From Pseudomonadota bacterium (GTDB lineage Bacteria; Pseudomonadota; Gammaproteobacteria; Burkholderiales; JACQAP01): a stretch of DNA of 64,000 nucleotides. This document shows positions 44,277 through 53,789 of this stretch, one piece after another (positions within the stretch are counted from its first letter, which is position 1; each line of letters starts with the position of its first letter). Made by a program: the position numbers and the translations under genes. The stretch is taken from the NCBI GenBank assembly GCA_038040175.1, contig JBBPIT010000008.1, forward strand, positions 2,184 through 66,183, written 5' to 3'. The notes beneath the pieces were generated by a model. That model was not told the origin of the DNA. It made no database searches and worked only from the letters and a program-made list of their open reading frames with translations.

Positions 44277-45898
44277 GCTCCTCTACAGATAAGGGTGAAC
44301 TCCGCGCCGACCGGACGATCCACGTATTCGAGCGTGGCGCCATTGGCTTCACATATCTCCCGGGCAATGTAGAGCCCGAGACCGGTGCCGCTGGAGGCCG
44401 TGGTGAAAAATGGCTCGAACAGATGCCCGCGCAACGCCTCAGCCACGCCGGTTCCGTCATCTATGACACTCAACTCTATCGTACCCTGTCGCGAACTCGG
44501 CCGCACGCGCAACAGAATGCTGCCGGGTTGTTTCCTGCAGTATCGCAGGGCATTCCTGCACAGGTTCCACATCACCTGATTGAGGTGGCTGCGATCGAAG
44601 GCCACGGTCGGGTCTGCTTCGATGTCGATGAGAATGATATCGCCGGGAATCTTCTCGATCCCGGAGAACTCGGAAACGAACGTGCGCAGGTACTCGCCCA
44701 GCCTGAAATGCTCGCGCGTGGCCTGATCACGCCGGTTCAGCTTGAGAACGTCCTGCACCATCCGGTCCAGCCGCTGCGTGTTGTCGTGAATGATCTGCAG
44801 CATCCGCACATGCGATTGGCCGCGCAATCCCGACTCCTCGAGCAGCAACTCGGTGGCGTGGTTGATCGCCGACAGGGGATTCCTGATCTCGTGGGCGATA
44901 TTGGCGGTCAGCCGGCCCAGCGACGCCAGCTTCAACTGCTGCGCCTGCTGCTGGATGCGCGAGAGGTCTTCGAGGAAGATCACCACGCCCACGTTGCGGC
45001 TGATGCCCACCGGCACGAATCGGGCAGCGGTCGGCTTGTGGGTAAGCACGGTGCGCAGCGGCTCGAAGTCTGTCTTCGGATCGCGGCGCCACTGCTCCAG
45101 CCGCGCAGCCAGTGTCGGCGCATAGTCGCTCAGCAGCACCTCGCGCGGGCTGCGCCGCAACGGTCCCAGTATGGCTTCGGCGCGGCCGTTGATCTGGCGA
45201 ATGGCGCCATGCTCGTCCACCACCAGCACCCCGTCCTGCATGTCCTGGATCACCAGCTGGTTCACCTGCGCCATGTTGGCAACATCGACTTCGCGCTGTG
45301 CCGCAATCGCCTCGATCACCACGGCGCGCTTGGCAAGCGAGTGCGCGAGCCAGCCGGTGGCGAAGAATCCGATGCACAACAGGCCGGCCTGCGCGAACTG
45401 GGACGTCGATCCGTACTGGAACACCACTTGATAGGTGTGCTCGGCAAGCACGGCAATTGTGGCCAGAGCCGCGAAAAACAGCGTCAGACGCCCGCGGCTG
45501 ATCAGGCCGACCGCGGCCAGCGATGCGAGCAACAGCAGGCCCAGGCCGCTGCCGATCCCGCCGCTCGCATCCATTAGCAGGACGATGAAGAAAATGTCCG
45601 CGCAGATCTGCATCGCGAGCTGCACGGTGAAATACGGCTTGCGCGGAATAACCGCGGCAAACAACAGCAGGCTAAAGACGATGTATCCGATGTTCGCGTA
45701 CAGGAAGGTCTTGCGGCTGTAGGAGCCGAAGGGAATGCTGTCGCCGAACGTCATCACCGCCGCCATCAGCGTGATCGCGACGGCAAGGCGATAGACGTTG
45801 AAATAGAACAGCGAGCGCCAGAACGCGTCGCCATACTGGCGGCGCTCGACCGACGGAAGCTCGGGAAGGGAGAGGACGCTGCTCATCGGCGCGGGCAC
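44273..45898 (-). CDS. pilS: sensor histidine kinase, PilS-like (multi-TM N-terminus)
   Basis: 541 aa with about 6 N-terminal TM helices, the H-box LTANIAHEIRNPL, and an HATPase_c domain (DDGTGV...GTGLGL). It overlaps pilR by 4 nt. Confidence 0.7.
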   Translation of the reverse strand: MPAPMSSVLSLPELPSVERRQYGDAFWRSLFYFNVYRLAVAITLMAAVMTFGDSIPFGSYSRKTFLYANIGYIVFSLLLFAAVIPRKPYFTVQLAMQICADIFFIVLLMDASGGIGSGLGLLLLASLAAVGLISRGRLTLFFAALATIAVLAEHTYQVVFQYGSTSQFAQAGLLCIGFFATGWLAHSLAKRAVVIEAIAAQREVDVANMAQVNQLVIQDMQDGVLVVDEHGAIRQINGRAEAILGPLRRSPREVLLSDYAPTLAARLEQWRRDPKTDFEPLRTVLTHKPTAARFVPVGISRNVGVVIFLEDLSRIQQQAQQLKLASLGRLTANIAHEIRNPLSAINHATELLLEESGLRGQSHVRMLQIIHDNTQRLDRMVQDVLKLNRRDQATREHFRLGEYLRTFVSEFSGIEKIPGDIILIDIEADPTVAFDRSHLNQVMWNLCRNALRYCRKQPGSILLRVRPSSRQGTIELSVIDDGTGVAEALRGHLFEPFFTTASSGTGLGLYIAREICEANGATLEYVDRPVGAEFTLICRGA

Positions 45899-45905
45899 GC
45901 GCAGG

Positions 45906-46145
45906 TCAGCGGCCGCGTTCCCGGTCGGCCAGCTGGAGATGTTCCTTGCTGCAATAGATCTCGCCGCGGGAGGTGACGGCTTCGCTCTTCGGCAGGTGCA
46001 CGCCGCAGATCCGGCAGCGCACCATGTCCTCTCCGTGCTTTGCCGCGGCCGCCGGCGGCGGAGCCGCCTCGACTCGCCTGCGATAGCTGCGCAGGAACAG
46101 ATACACCACGATGAAGACGGCGATCACTAGGAGGAACTTGGCCAC
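45906..46145 (-). CDS. PP0621 family small membrane/zinc-ribbon protein
   Basis: 79 aa, MAKFLLVIAVFIVVYLFLRSYRR...MVRCRICGVHLPKSEAVTSRGEIYCSKEH. It sits in the typical position upstream of a PilS/PilR-type pair. Confidence 0.7.
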   Translation of the reverse strand: MAKFLLVIAVFIVVYLFLRSYRRRVEAAPPPAAAAKHGEDMVRCRICGVHLPKSEAVTSRGEIYCSKEHLQLADRERGR

Positions 46146-46172
46146 GCGGGCTCCGAAGTGGAGTGATGTGGA

Positions 46173-46250
<78 letters not shown>

Positions 46251-46271
46251 ACGGTGAGTCTCGTTAACGCT

Positions 46272-47240
46272 TCAGTGATTGCGGGTCACCGCAAAGGCCG
46301 CCAATTCCAGCAAACAATCATTGTATTTAGAATGCGGCAGGCCGGCAATGGCTTCGCGCGCCCGCCGCGCCGAGTCTTCCGCCTGCCGGCGCGTGTACTC
46401 GAGCGCACCCGTTTCCTGCATCGCCTGCATCACCGGCCCGAAATCGCTCAGCCCGCCCTCGACGATGGCCTTGCGGATGAGCGCGCTCTGCGCGGCGCCG
46501 CCGTTGCGCATGGCGCGAATGAGCGGCAGCGTAGCCTTGCCCTCGGACAGGTCGTCGCCCAGATTCTTCCCGGTATGCGCAAGATCGCCCGAATAATCGA
46601 GGATGTCGTCCACCAGCTGGAATGCGGTGCCCAGGTGCATGCCATACTCCGCCAGGGCATCCTCCTGCGCGCGCGGCACGCCGGCGAGGATGCCGCCCAG
46701 ACGTCCGGCGGCCTCGAACAGCTTGGCCGTCTTCGAGCGGATCACGCGCAGATAATCCGTCTCGGTGACGTCGGCGTTGTGAACGTGCAGCAACTGCATC
46801 ACCTCGCCCTCGGCGATGGTATTGGTGGCATCGGCGAGCACCTCCATCACGCGCATGCTCTGCACCTGCACCATCATCTGAAAGGCGCGCGAGTAAAGAA
46901 AATCGCCGACCAGCACGGCGGCAGCGTCGCCGAACGCGAAATTGGCGGTGGCGCGTCCGCGGCGGATCTGCGAGTCGTCGACGACGTCGTCGTGTAGCAG
47001 CGTGGCGGTATGGATGAACTCGACCACCGCGGCCAACTGAAGGTGGTGACCGCCGGTATATCCGCAGGCACCCGCCGCGAGGATGACCAGAGCGGGACGC
47101 AGTCGCTTGCCCCCGCCGCCGATGATGTAGTCCGCGACCTGGCGCACCAGCACGACTTCGGAATCGAGCCGGTTGCGGATGACCTCGTCCACCGCCCGCA
47201 GGTCTGCGGCGATGAGATCGTTGATGAGGTGGGGCGTCAC
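46272..47240 (-). CDS. ispB: octaprenyl diphosphate synthase
   Basis: 322 aa with the two Asp-rich motifs LLHDDVVDDS and FQLVDDILD. It is divergent from rplU, as in many proteobacteria. Confidence 0.9.
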   Translation of the reverse strand: MTPHLINDLIAADLRAVDEVIRNRLDSEVVLVRQVADYIIGGGGKRLRPALVILAAGACGYTGGHHLQLAAVVEFIHTATLLHDDVVDDSQIRRGRATANFAFGDAAAVLVGDFLYSRAFQMMVQVQSMRVMEVLADATNTIAEGEVMQLLHVHNADVTETDYLRVIRSKTAKLFEAAGRLGGILAGVPRAQEDALAEYGMHLGTAFQLVDDILDYSGDLAHTGKNLGDDLSEGKATLPLIRAMRNGGAAQSALIRKAIVEGGLSDFGPVMQAMQETGALEYTRRQAEDSARRAREAIAGLPHSKYNDCLLELAAFAVTRNH

Positions 47241-47442
47241 GTGGCCGGCCTGGGAAATGCAAAATCAAAAGTGCGCGATGGTAGGAAGCGCAAAGCTCCG
47301 GTGTCAAGGATTCAATCACCCCTTTCACAGAGTGCGACCGGACTGATGATTCGCGTCCGTCGATTCTTCCATTGGCTTTACTAAGCCTTTCTTTTTATGT
47401 AGTATGCGCGGCTTTCCTCAAAAGCGTATCGAGGGCTCCATC

Positions 47443-47754
47443 ATGTATGCGGTCATAAAAACCGGGGGCAAGCAGTACCGTGTCTCTTCCGGCGAAAAAA
47501 TCAAGGTAGAACAGATACCTGCAGACGTGGGCAGCCAGATTACCCTGGATCAGGTGTTGCTGGTCGCCGATGGCGACAAAGTCTCGATCGGGGCGCCTCT
47601 GGTGGCCGGCGCAACAGTGCAGGCGACGGTCGTTGCGCACGGCCGCGCCGACAAGGTGCACATCTTCAAGATGCGCCGCCGCAAGCACTATCGTAAGCAT
47701 GGCGGTCATCGGCAGAACTACACCGAGATCCAGATCGACAAGATCTCGGGCTAA
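47443..47754 (+). CDS. rplU: 50S ribosomal protein L21
   Basis: [25 protein letters not shown]...; the ATG at 47443 was verified. The track ORF starts 13 codons earlier. Confidence 0.95.
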   Translation: MYAVIKTGGKQYRVSSGEKIKVEQIPADVGSQITLDQVLLVADGDKVSIGAPLVAGATVQATVVAHGRADKVHIFKMRRRKHYRKHGGHRQNYTEIQIDKISG

Positions 47755-47766
47755 GGAGCAGAGCAA

Positions 47767-48024
47767 ATGGCACACAAAAAAGCAGGCGGCAGTTCGCGCA
47801 ACGGTCGCGACTCCCAATCCAAGCGCCTGGGCGTGAAGCGCTATGGCGGCGAGGTCATCCCGGCAGGCAGCATCATCGTGCGTCAGCGCGGAACCCAGGT
47901 TCACGCCGGAGAAAATGTCGGCATGGGCAAGGATCACACCCTGTTCGCCAAGATCGACGGCAAAGTGACCTTCGCGGTGAAGGGCCCAGACAATAGGAAA
48001 GTCGTCAGCGTCGTGCCGGCGTAA
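47767..48024 (+). CDS. rpmA: 50S ribosomal protein L27
   Basis: [29 protein letters not shown]...[13 protein letters not shown]. Confidence 0.95.
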   Translation: MAHKKAGGSSRNGRDSQSKRLGVKRYGGEVIPAGSIIVRQRGTQVHAGENVGMGKDHTLFAKIDGKVTFAVKGPDNRKVVSVVPA

Positions 48025-48046
48025 GGTATCCCGCTTTCAGCAAGAA

Positions 48047-48074
48047 GCCCTATCGGATCCGGTAGGGCTTTTTT
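48047..48074 (+). terminator. rho-independent terminator/attenuator after rpmA
   Basis: GCCCTATC-GGATCC-GGTAGGGC forms an 8-bp stem including one G-U, followed by TTTTTT. Confidence 0.6.
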
Positions 48075-48094
48075 GTTTCCCCACCCAGCAAGCA

Positions 48095-48280
48095 AACCCA
48101 GGGAAACTCTTTCAACACGAAGGGCACGAAGGAAGGGCAAGAAAGGATCACGAAGGAAATTCGAAACGATGCACGCACTTTGATCGCGATGCCCACGAGG
48201 CACTTCGAATCTACTCGACCTTTCGCCTTCCTTCGTGCGACTTTGTTTTTTCCTTCGTGTCCTTCGTGTTAAATGCGTTT
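48095..48280. repeat. CACGAAGG-arm hairpin element (both arms) between rpmA and obgE
   Basis: The left end AAACCCAGGGAAACTCTTTCAACACGAAGGGCACGAAGGAAGGGCAAGAAAGGATCACGAAGG is near-identical to the left end at 3285. The right end is CCTTCGTGTCCTTCGTGTTAAATGCGTTT. Confidence 0.85.
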
Positions 48281-48295
48281 TGGATTGGTTCTCAA

Positions 48296-49357
48296 ATGAA
48301 ATTCGTTGACGAAGCCACCATCGAAGTCCACGCCGGCAAGGGTGGGGATGGCATCGCCTCGTTCAGGCGCGAGAAATTCATTCCGCGCGGCGGGCCGGAC
48401 GGTGGCGACGGCGGCCGCGGCGGCAGCATTCATGCGGTGGCCGATCGCAACATCAACACGCTGGTGGAATACCGCTACGCGCGCATCCACCGTGCCCGCA
48501 ACGGCGAGAAAGGCCAGGGTTCGGATTGCTACGGCAAGGCGGCCGACGACATCACGCTGCCGGTGCCGGTCGGCACCGTCATCAGCGACCTCGCCAGCGG
48601 CGAAGTGCTCGCCGATCTGTCCGCCGACGGACAGACTGCCCTGCTCGCCAAGGGCGGCCAGCGAGGGCTCGGCAACATCCATTTCAAATCGAGCACCAAC
48701 CGCGCGCCGCGCCAATGCACGCCGGGAGAGCCGGGCGAGAGCCGAACCCTGAAGCTCGAACTCAAGGTGCTCGCCGACGTCGGGCTGCTGGGTCTGCCGA
48801 ACGCCGGCAAGTCCACCTTCATCCGCTCGGTTTCGGCCGCACGTCCCAAGGTCGCCGACTATCCGTTTACGACCCTGCACCCGAACCTGGGCGTGGTGCG
48901 CGTGGACGAGAATCGCAGTTTCGTGGTCGCCGACATACCCGGATTGATCGAGGGCGCGGCCGAAGGCGCCGGGCTCGGCCATCAATTCCTGCGCCACCTG
49001 CAGCGCACGCGCCTGTTACTGCACCTGGTGGACCTGGCGCCGCTCGACGATGGCGCCGATCCGGTGCACGACGCGCGCGCGATCGTCGAGGAACTGCGCA
49101 AGTACGACGAGTCGCTCTATCGCAAGCCGCGCTGGCTGGTGCTCAACAAGGCGGACCTGATCGCGCCTGAAGAGCGCGAGGAAAAAGTCCGGGATTTCCT
49201 GTCCGAATATACGCGCGCCGTCGCCGCGCCCGAAAAAAGCTTTATCATCTCGGCGCTCACCGGAGAAGGTTGCCGCGCGCTGACCTACGCAATCATGGAA
49301 CATCTCCAGCGCCATGCCCGCGTCGAGCCGGCCGAAGCCGCAGAAGACGCCGAATAA
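48296..49357 (+). CDS. obgE: GTPase ObgE/CgtA
   Basis: [44 protein letters not shown]... with G motifs [18 protein letters not shown] and NKAD. Confidence 0.95.
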   Translation: MKFVDEATIEVHAGKGGDGIASFRREKFIPRGGPDGGDGGRGGSIHAVADRNINTLVEYRYARIHRARNGEKGQGSDCYGKAADDITLPVPVGTVISDLASGEVLADLSADGQTALLAKGGQRGLGNIHFKSSTNRAPRQCTPGEPGESRTLKLELKVLADVGLLGLPNAGKSTFIRSVSAARPKVADYPFTTLHPNLGVVRVDENRSFVVADIPGLIEGAAEGAGLGHQFLRHLQRTRLLLHLVDLAPLDDGADPVHDARAIVEELRKYDESLYRKPRWLVLNKADLIAPEEREEKVRDFLSEYTRAVAAPEKSFIISALTGEGCRALTYAIMEHLQRHARVEPAEAAEDAE

Positions 49358-49384
49358 CATCGCCGGGACCGCCGCGGTCATCTT

Positions 49385-50503
49385 ATGAAATCCGTCGCCG
49401 CCGAAGCAAAACGCCTGGTCGTCAAGGTCGGCAGCAGCCTGGTCACCAATGAAGGCCAGGGGCTGGACCACGCCGCGCTCGCGCGCTGGGCAAAGCAGAT
49501 TGCGGAGCTCAGGCGTCGCAAGAAGCAGGTCGTGCTGGTCTCCAGCGGCGCGATCGCCGAAGGCATGAAGCGCCTGGGATGGAAGCGCCGCCCGCATGCG
49601 CTGCACGAACAGCAGGCCGCCGCCGCGGTAGGACAGATGGGGCTGGTCGAAGCCTACGAGTCGTGCTTCCGCAAGCACGGCATGCACACCGCACAGGTCC
49701 TGCTGACCCACGAGGACCTGTCCCACCGCAAGCGCTATCTGAACGCGCGCTCAACACTGCGCACGCTGCTCGAGCTCAACGTCATTCCGATCATCAACGA
49801 GAACGACACCGTCGCGACCGACGAGATCCGCTTCGGCGACAACGACACCCTGGCGGCGCTGGTGACCAATCTCATCGAGGCCGATGCCCTGGTGATCCTT
49901 ACCGACCAGTCCGGCCTGTACACCAAGGATCCGCGCCTGCACAAGGACGCGGAATTGATCAGCGAAGCCAGGGCCGACGATCCCGGCCTGGAAAAAATGG
50001 CGGGCGGCGTGGGCAGCCATCTCGGCAGCGGCGGCATGCTCACCAAGGTGCTTGCCGCCCGGCGCGCGGCCCGCAGCGGCGCCTCCACCATCATCGCTTC
50101 GGGACGGGAGCCGGATGTTCTGGTGCGACTCGCCGGGGGCGAAGCCATCGGCACCCAGTTGATCGCCGATACCATGACGCTCGCCGCCCGCAAGCAATGG
50201 CTGGCCGATCATCTGCAGGTGCGCGGCAAGCTCAAGCTCGACGACGGCGCGGTGCGGGCACTGAAGGTGGACGGCAAGAGCCTGCTGCCGATCGGCGTAT
50301 ACGAACTCACTGGGGAATTCGAGCGCGGGGAAGTGGTGAGCTGCCTCGATCCGCAAGGCAACGAAATCGCCCGCGGGCTGGTGAACTACGGCTCGGCGGA
50401 AACCCGCCGCATCCTCAAGGCTCCCAGCCACGAAATCGAAGCGCGGCTGGGCTACGTCGACGAACCGGAGTTGATCCATCGAGATAACTTAGTCCTGCTC
50501 TGA
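49385..50503 (+). CDS. proB: glutamate 5-kinase
   Basis: 372 aa with ...[12 protein letters not shown]...VLVSSGAIA...[24 protein letters not shown].. and a C-terminal PUA domain. Confidence 0.95.
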   Translation: MKSVAAEAKRLVVKVGSSLVTNEGQGLDHAALARWAKQIAELRRRKKQVVLVSSGAIAEGMKRLGWKRRPHALHEQQAAAAVGQMGLVEAYESCFRKHGMHTAQVLLTHEDLSHRKRYLNARSTLRTLLELNVIPIINENDTVATDEIRFGDNDTLAALVTNLIEADALVILTDQSGLYTKDPRLHKDAELISEARADDPGLEKMAGGVGSHLGSGGMLTKVLAARRAARSGASTIIASGREPDVLVRLAGGEAIGTQLIADTMTLAARKQWLADHLQVRGKLKLDDGAVRALKVDGKSLLPIGVYELTGEFERGEVVSCLDPQGNEIARGLVNYGSAETRRILKAPSHEIEARLGYVDEPELIHRDNLVLL

Positions 50504-50770
50504 ATTTCTCAGAGTAGGAATCAGTTACGGCGGACACTCATGCGGCAAGGCCGCGTGATGTGGGAGCCACAATCTTCCTTCAAACAGGCAACACGAGGTT
50601 GCGGCGCAGACAACACGCTGCAAAGCGGCTTGTTGCGGTGAAGGCTAATGCGCACAGGGGGTTACGCCGCAACCACTAATGTCTGCGCAGCCGACGTTAA
50701 GCGCCGAAGGCGCGGCCGGAGTCACAATTTGGTGTTGCTGTAACAACAGCAACGTGCACTCGCAGGCCGC

Positions 50771-51364
50771 CTACCGCTCCTTCATATCGAAGTTGTTCAG
50801 CGGATCGCCCTTGAGCCTGGCAATCAGATCTTTCGCGTTTCGTCCTCCGACGGCCTCGCTGTCGCACAGATAGTCAACCCGTAACGAGTAGCGGAAACTG
50901 GCTGCAGTGCTGCCAACGTCCTGCCACTTGGGTTCGCGAGCATTCGTCCATGTTCCGTTGCGGGTGCCGTACGCGTACACCTTGTACTCCGACGTCTTGC
51001 AGCGCAGGCCTTCGTAGCTGACATTGGCGACAGCCGAGGGTGACTTGATGACCGCTGTGTAGCGCACCACCCAGTCCGCTCCCAGCGATACGGAATTGCG
51101 ATCAACATAGAACCGGTTCTTCGAATACCCCCTCGGCCGGAATTCGATCAGGGCGGCATCATCCGGATAGGCGGGAAGGTTCAGCGCGTCTTCCTTGAAT
51201 TTCTTCTCCTCGGGCACGCCGCCGATGTCCTCGGGCATGCCGCGCTGCGCGGCTGCAGCCTTTCCGCCGTCGTCGTACAACGCAAGCCCGAGCAACAGGA
51301 CCGCCGCGGCCGCGGCCGCGGCCAGCCGGGATGAACCACTACGATGTGATTGCCGCAGCGTCAT
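50771..51364 (-). CDS. CNP1-like family periplasmic protein
   Basis: 197 aa with a signal/lipobox-like N-terminus, then ...FYVDRNSVSLGADWVVRYTAVIKSPSAVANVSYEGLRCKTSEYKVYAYG.., which matches CNP1-like proteins as I remember them. Confidence 0.65.
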   Translation of the reverse strand: MTLRQSHRSGSSRLAAAAAAAVLLLGLALYDDGGKAAAAQRGMPEDIGGVPEEKKFKEDALNLPAYPDDAALIEFRPRGYSKNRFYVDRNSVSLGADWVVRYTAVIKSPSAVANVSYEGLRCKTSEYKVYAYGTRNGTWTNAREPKWQDVGSTAASFRYSLRVDYLCDSEAVGGRNAKDLIARLKGDPLNNFDMKER

Positions 51365-51370
51365 GCGCCT

Positions 51371-52576
51371 TCATCTGTATACGTGCTCGCGGGTGAGCGG
51401 ATAAAGAACCGAGCCGTCGGCAAGAGGCTTGGCCCCGAGAATCTGGAAGATCGAAATCCAGCCGCGGTCGAACGCATGCGCCGACCCCGCCATGTAGATG
51501 CGCCAGGTGCGGAAGCGTTTTTCACCCACGATCCTGCGCGCCTCTTCCTGGCGCGCTTCCAGCCTGCTCACCCAGTGCCACAGCGTCTTCGCATAATGCG
51601 ACCGCAGGCACTCCGCGTCCCAGGCCTCCAGCCCCTGCTGCGACATTTCGCCCAGGACCCGCGAGATATGCACCAGCTCGCCGCCGGGAAATACGTATTC
51701 GTCGACGAAATCGCCGATGCCGCTGCCCAGCGCGCCGTCGTCGAGCGAATTGGTGGTGATGCCGTGGTTCATGACCATCCCACCCGGTTTGAGCAGCCGG
51801 TAAATCTTGCCGAAATACGCCGGCAGATTGCGTTTGCCCACGTGCTCGAACATGCCGACGCTCGCGATCTTGTCGTAAGGCTCGTCTTCCGGCACGTCGC
51901 GATAGTCCATCAGCCGCACTTCGCAGCGGCCTTCGAGTCCCAGCGCGCCGATGCGCTCGGTCGCATACGCCTGCTGCTCTTGCGAGAGCGTGATGCCGAG
52001 CGCCTTCACGCCATGATGCCGGGTCGCCCACAGGACCAGTCCGCCCCAGCCGCAGCCGATGTCGAGAAAGCGTTCGCCGGGCTTCAGATCGAGCTTGCGG
52101 CAGATGTGTTCGAGTTTCTGCTCCTGCGCGAGATCGAGCGAATCATCGGGTTTCCTGAAATAGGCGCAGGAGTAGACCCGATTCCTGTCGAGCCAGAGAC
52201 CGTAGAACTCGTTGCCCACGTCGTAGTGGTGCTGGATCGCCTTGCGGTCGGCGGGACGGGTGTGCCGCCACCATTTCCAGATGTCGGAGCGCCGGCGGTA
52301 GGCCCCGGCGTCGCCGGCCACCAGTTGCTCGCCGATACGCACCGACTTGCGAATGTCGCCGTCGAGATCGAGATCGCCCTCCACGTAACTCCTGGCGAGC
52401 TTGCCCAGACTGGGTTTGAGCAGCGACACCAGCGCCTGCGGCGAGCGCACGGTCAGGCGCAGTTCCGGGCTGTCACCGGACTGGATGGTCCTGCCGTTCC
52501 AGAGCGTAAGGCTCAGCGGCAGGCGGAGTCGCCTCAGGCGATCCTCAAGCATGCCGATCATGGGCGCTACCAGCAT
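51371..52576 (-). CDS. cfa: cyclopropane-fatty-acyl-phospholipid synthase family methyltransferase
   Basis: 401 aa with ...HYDVGNEFYGLWLD..RVYSCAYF...LDIGCGWGGL (SAM motif)...GMFEHVG... Confidence 0.85.
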   Translation of the reverse strand: MLVAPMIGMLEDRLRRLRLPLSLTLWNGRTIQSGDSPELRLTVRSPQALVSLLKPSLGKLARSYVEGDLDLDGDIRKSVRIGEQLVAGDAGAYRRRSDIWKWWRHTRPADRKAIQHHYDVGNEFYGLWLDRNRVYSCAYFRKPDDSLDLAQEQKLEHICRKLDLKPGERFLDIGCGWGGLVLWATRHHGVKALGITLSQEQQAYATERIGALGLEGRCEVRLMDYRDVPEDEPYDKIASVGMFEHVGKRNLPAYFGKIYRLLKPGGMVMNHGITTNSLDDGALGSGIGDFVDEYVFPGGELVHISRVLGEMSQQGLEAWDAECLRSHYAKTLWHWVSRLEARQEEARRIVGEKRFRTWRIYMAGSAHAFDRGWISIFQILGAKPLADGSVLYPLTREHVYR

Positions 52577-52649
52577 GGCATTCCTCGAAGCAGTCGGTTC
52601 AAAAAAAAGCGGCAGCCGGAAAGGTTGCCGTTATTGTACTTGCTGGCTA

Positions 52650-53152
52650 GTGTCCTGTTCCGCTGATTCGCGGCTGAAAACCCAGCGAGAATCGGCGCCA
52701 TGCTGTGTTACGAGTCCTCGCCGTGCGTGTCGGAGCGCGGAAGAGGGGCCCCTCTGGGGATCTGACCGCGGAGACACGCGTAAGGCCGGTGTCGACACGC
52801 TATTGGCCGGTTACACGGTCGCATCCCCGCAAGCGGGGCGGCTGTCGAGGCGGAGCAGGGGCCCCAACTTTATTTGGGGATGCGACCTGAGATCAGACGC
52901 ACAAGGGATCGCCCGCCGCCCTCGATCGCCTCCGAGGTCAGATCCCCAAACGGAAAACGTTCGGGGCCCCTCTTCCGCTCTCCGGCGATCCCTTCTCCAC
53001 GTTCCACCGGCCCCCGCCACTGTCAAGGACTCGCGCCTTGCCTGACGCCGATTTCGCGGGTTTTCCGATCGATGATGGATTGTTGCCGAATGGATATGAG
53101 GACTGCCTTCCGACGTTCGCCGGTCGTCCCACGAATCAGCGGAACAGGACAC
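52650..53152 (-). other. about 500-nt nested long hairpin (candidate structured RNA or foldback element)
   Basis: The 21-nt sequence GTGTCCTGTTCCGCTGATTCG (52650-52670) is perfectly complementary to 53132-53152. Five further collinear nested helices follow (details in findings). There is no credible ORF. The minus strand is suggested by the C-A (= G-U) mismatch bias. Confidence 0.6.
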
Positions 53153-53161
53153 TTGCCGAAC

Positions 53162-53749
53162 TTAAAAAACAAGGTCGTTGAGCAGCGAACTCCGCACCCC
53201 GGCGGCAACCGCGTCAACCGATGCCTTGTAGTTGGGATGGTCCACACCGGCGGAAAGGCCGGCCCCGTTCTTCAACGCCTGTTTCATCGGCGGCGTGAGT
53301 TCGAAACGCAGGAAATGCACTGACGAAGTCTTTTCCTCGTTCTCGCGATCCAGGTCTTCGTCGGCAATCGCGTACACCCGCGGATGACCCGCGATCCCGA
53401 TCGAGACGCGGTCCTCGATTCCGATCAATGTCGCCAGCGCGAGCGTGCGCTCCTCGACGTTGGGGTATTCGATCAGCATGGTGGCCTTCCAGTTGCTGCC
53501 GTCGGGAACCAGCGGGTTGTAGGTATCGAGCTCGTCGCGAATGCCCTCCTCCTCGAATATGCGCTCGACCCGCAACATCTCCTGGATCTGGTAGCGCATG
53601 GTGAGTTCGTCCTCGAACACCAGCGTGATGTGCTCGCCCAGTTGAACCGTCCGGTTTTTCTTGTGGGCCAGCACTTTGGCGCGGAAATCCTTGCGCGCCT
53701 TCGCGTACTGTTCGAGTGACATCAGGCTTTCGGCGGTAATGACAGCCAT
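53162..53749 (-). CDS. DUF3501 family protein
   Basis: 195 aa, ...SLEQYAKARKDFRAKVLAHKKNRTVQLGEHITLVFEDELTMRYQIQEMLRVERIF.., last gene of the rubrerythrin/Fe-S trio. Confidence 0.8.
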   Translation of the reverse strand: MAVITAESLMSLEQYAKARKDFRAKVLAHKKNRTVQLGEHITLVFEDELTMRYQIQEMLRVERIFEEEGIRDELDTYNPLVPDGSNWKATMLIEYPNVEERTLALATLIGIEDRVSIGIAGHPRVYAIADEDLDRENEEKTSSVHFLRFELTPPMKQALKNGAGLSAGVDHPNYKASVDAVAAGVRSSLLNDLVF

Positions 53750-53789
53750 CTCTGACCTCTTGCTGTTTCTGGCGGCAACATCCCGGCCT

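Noticed and set aside
52401-53323. ORFs within the cfa/DUF3501 gap (52401..53045 +, 52811..53152 -, 52874..53323 +, 53023..53247 -).
   Set aside because: The frames overlap one another and have Arg/Ser/Pro-rich composition with no motifs. The region is better explained by the nested long hairpin.
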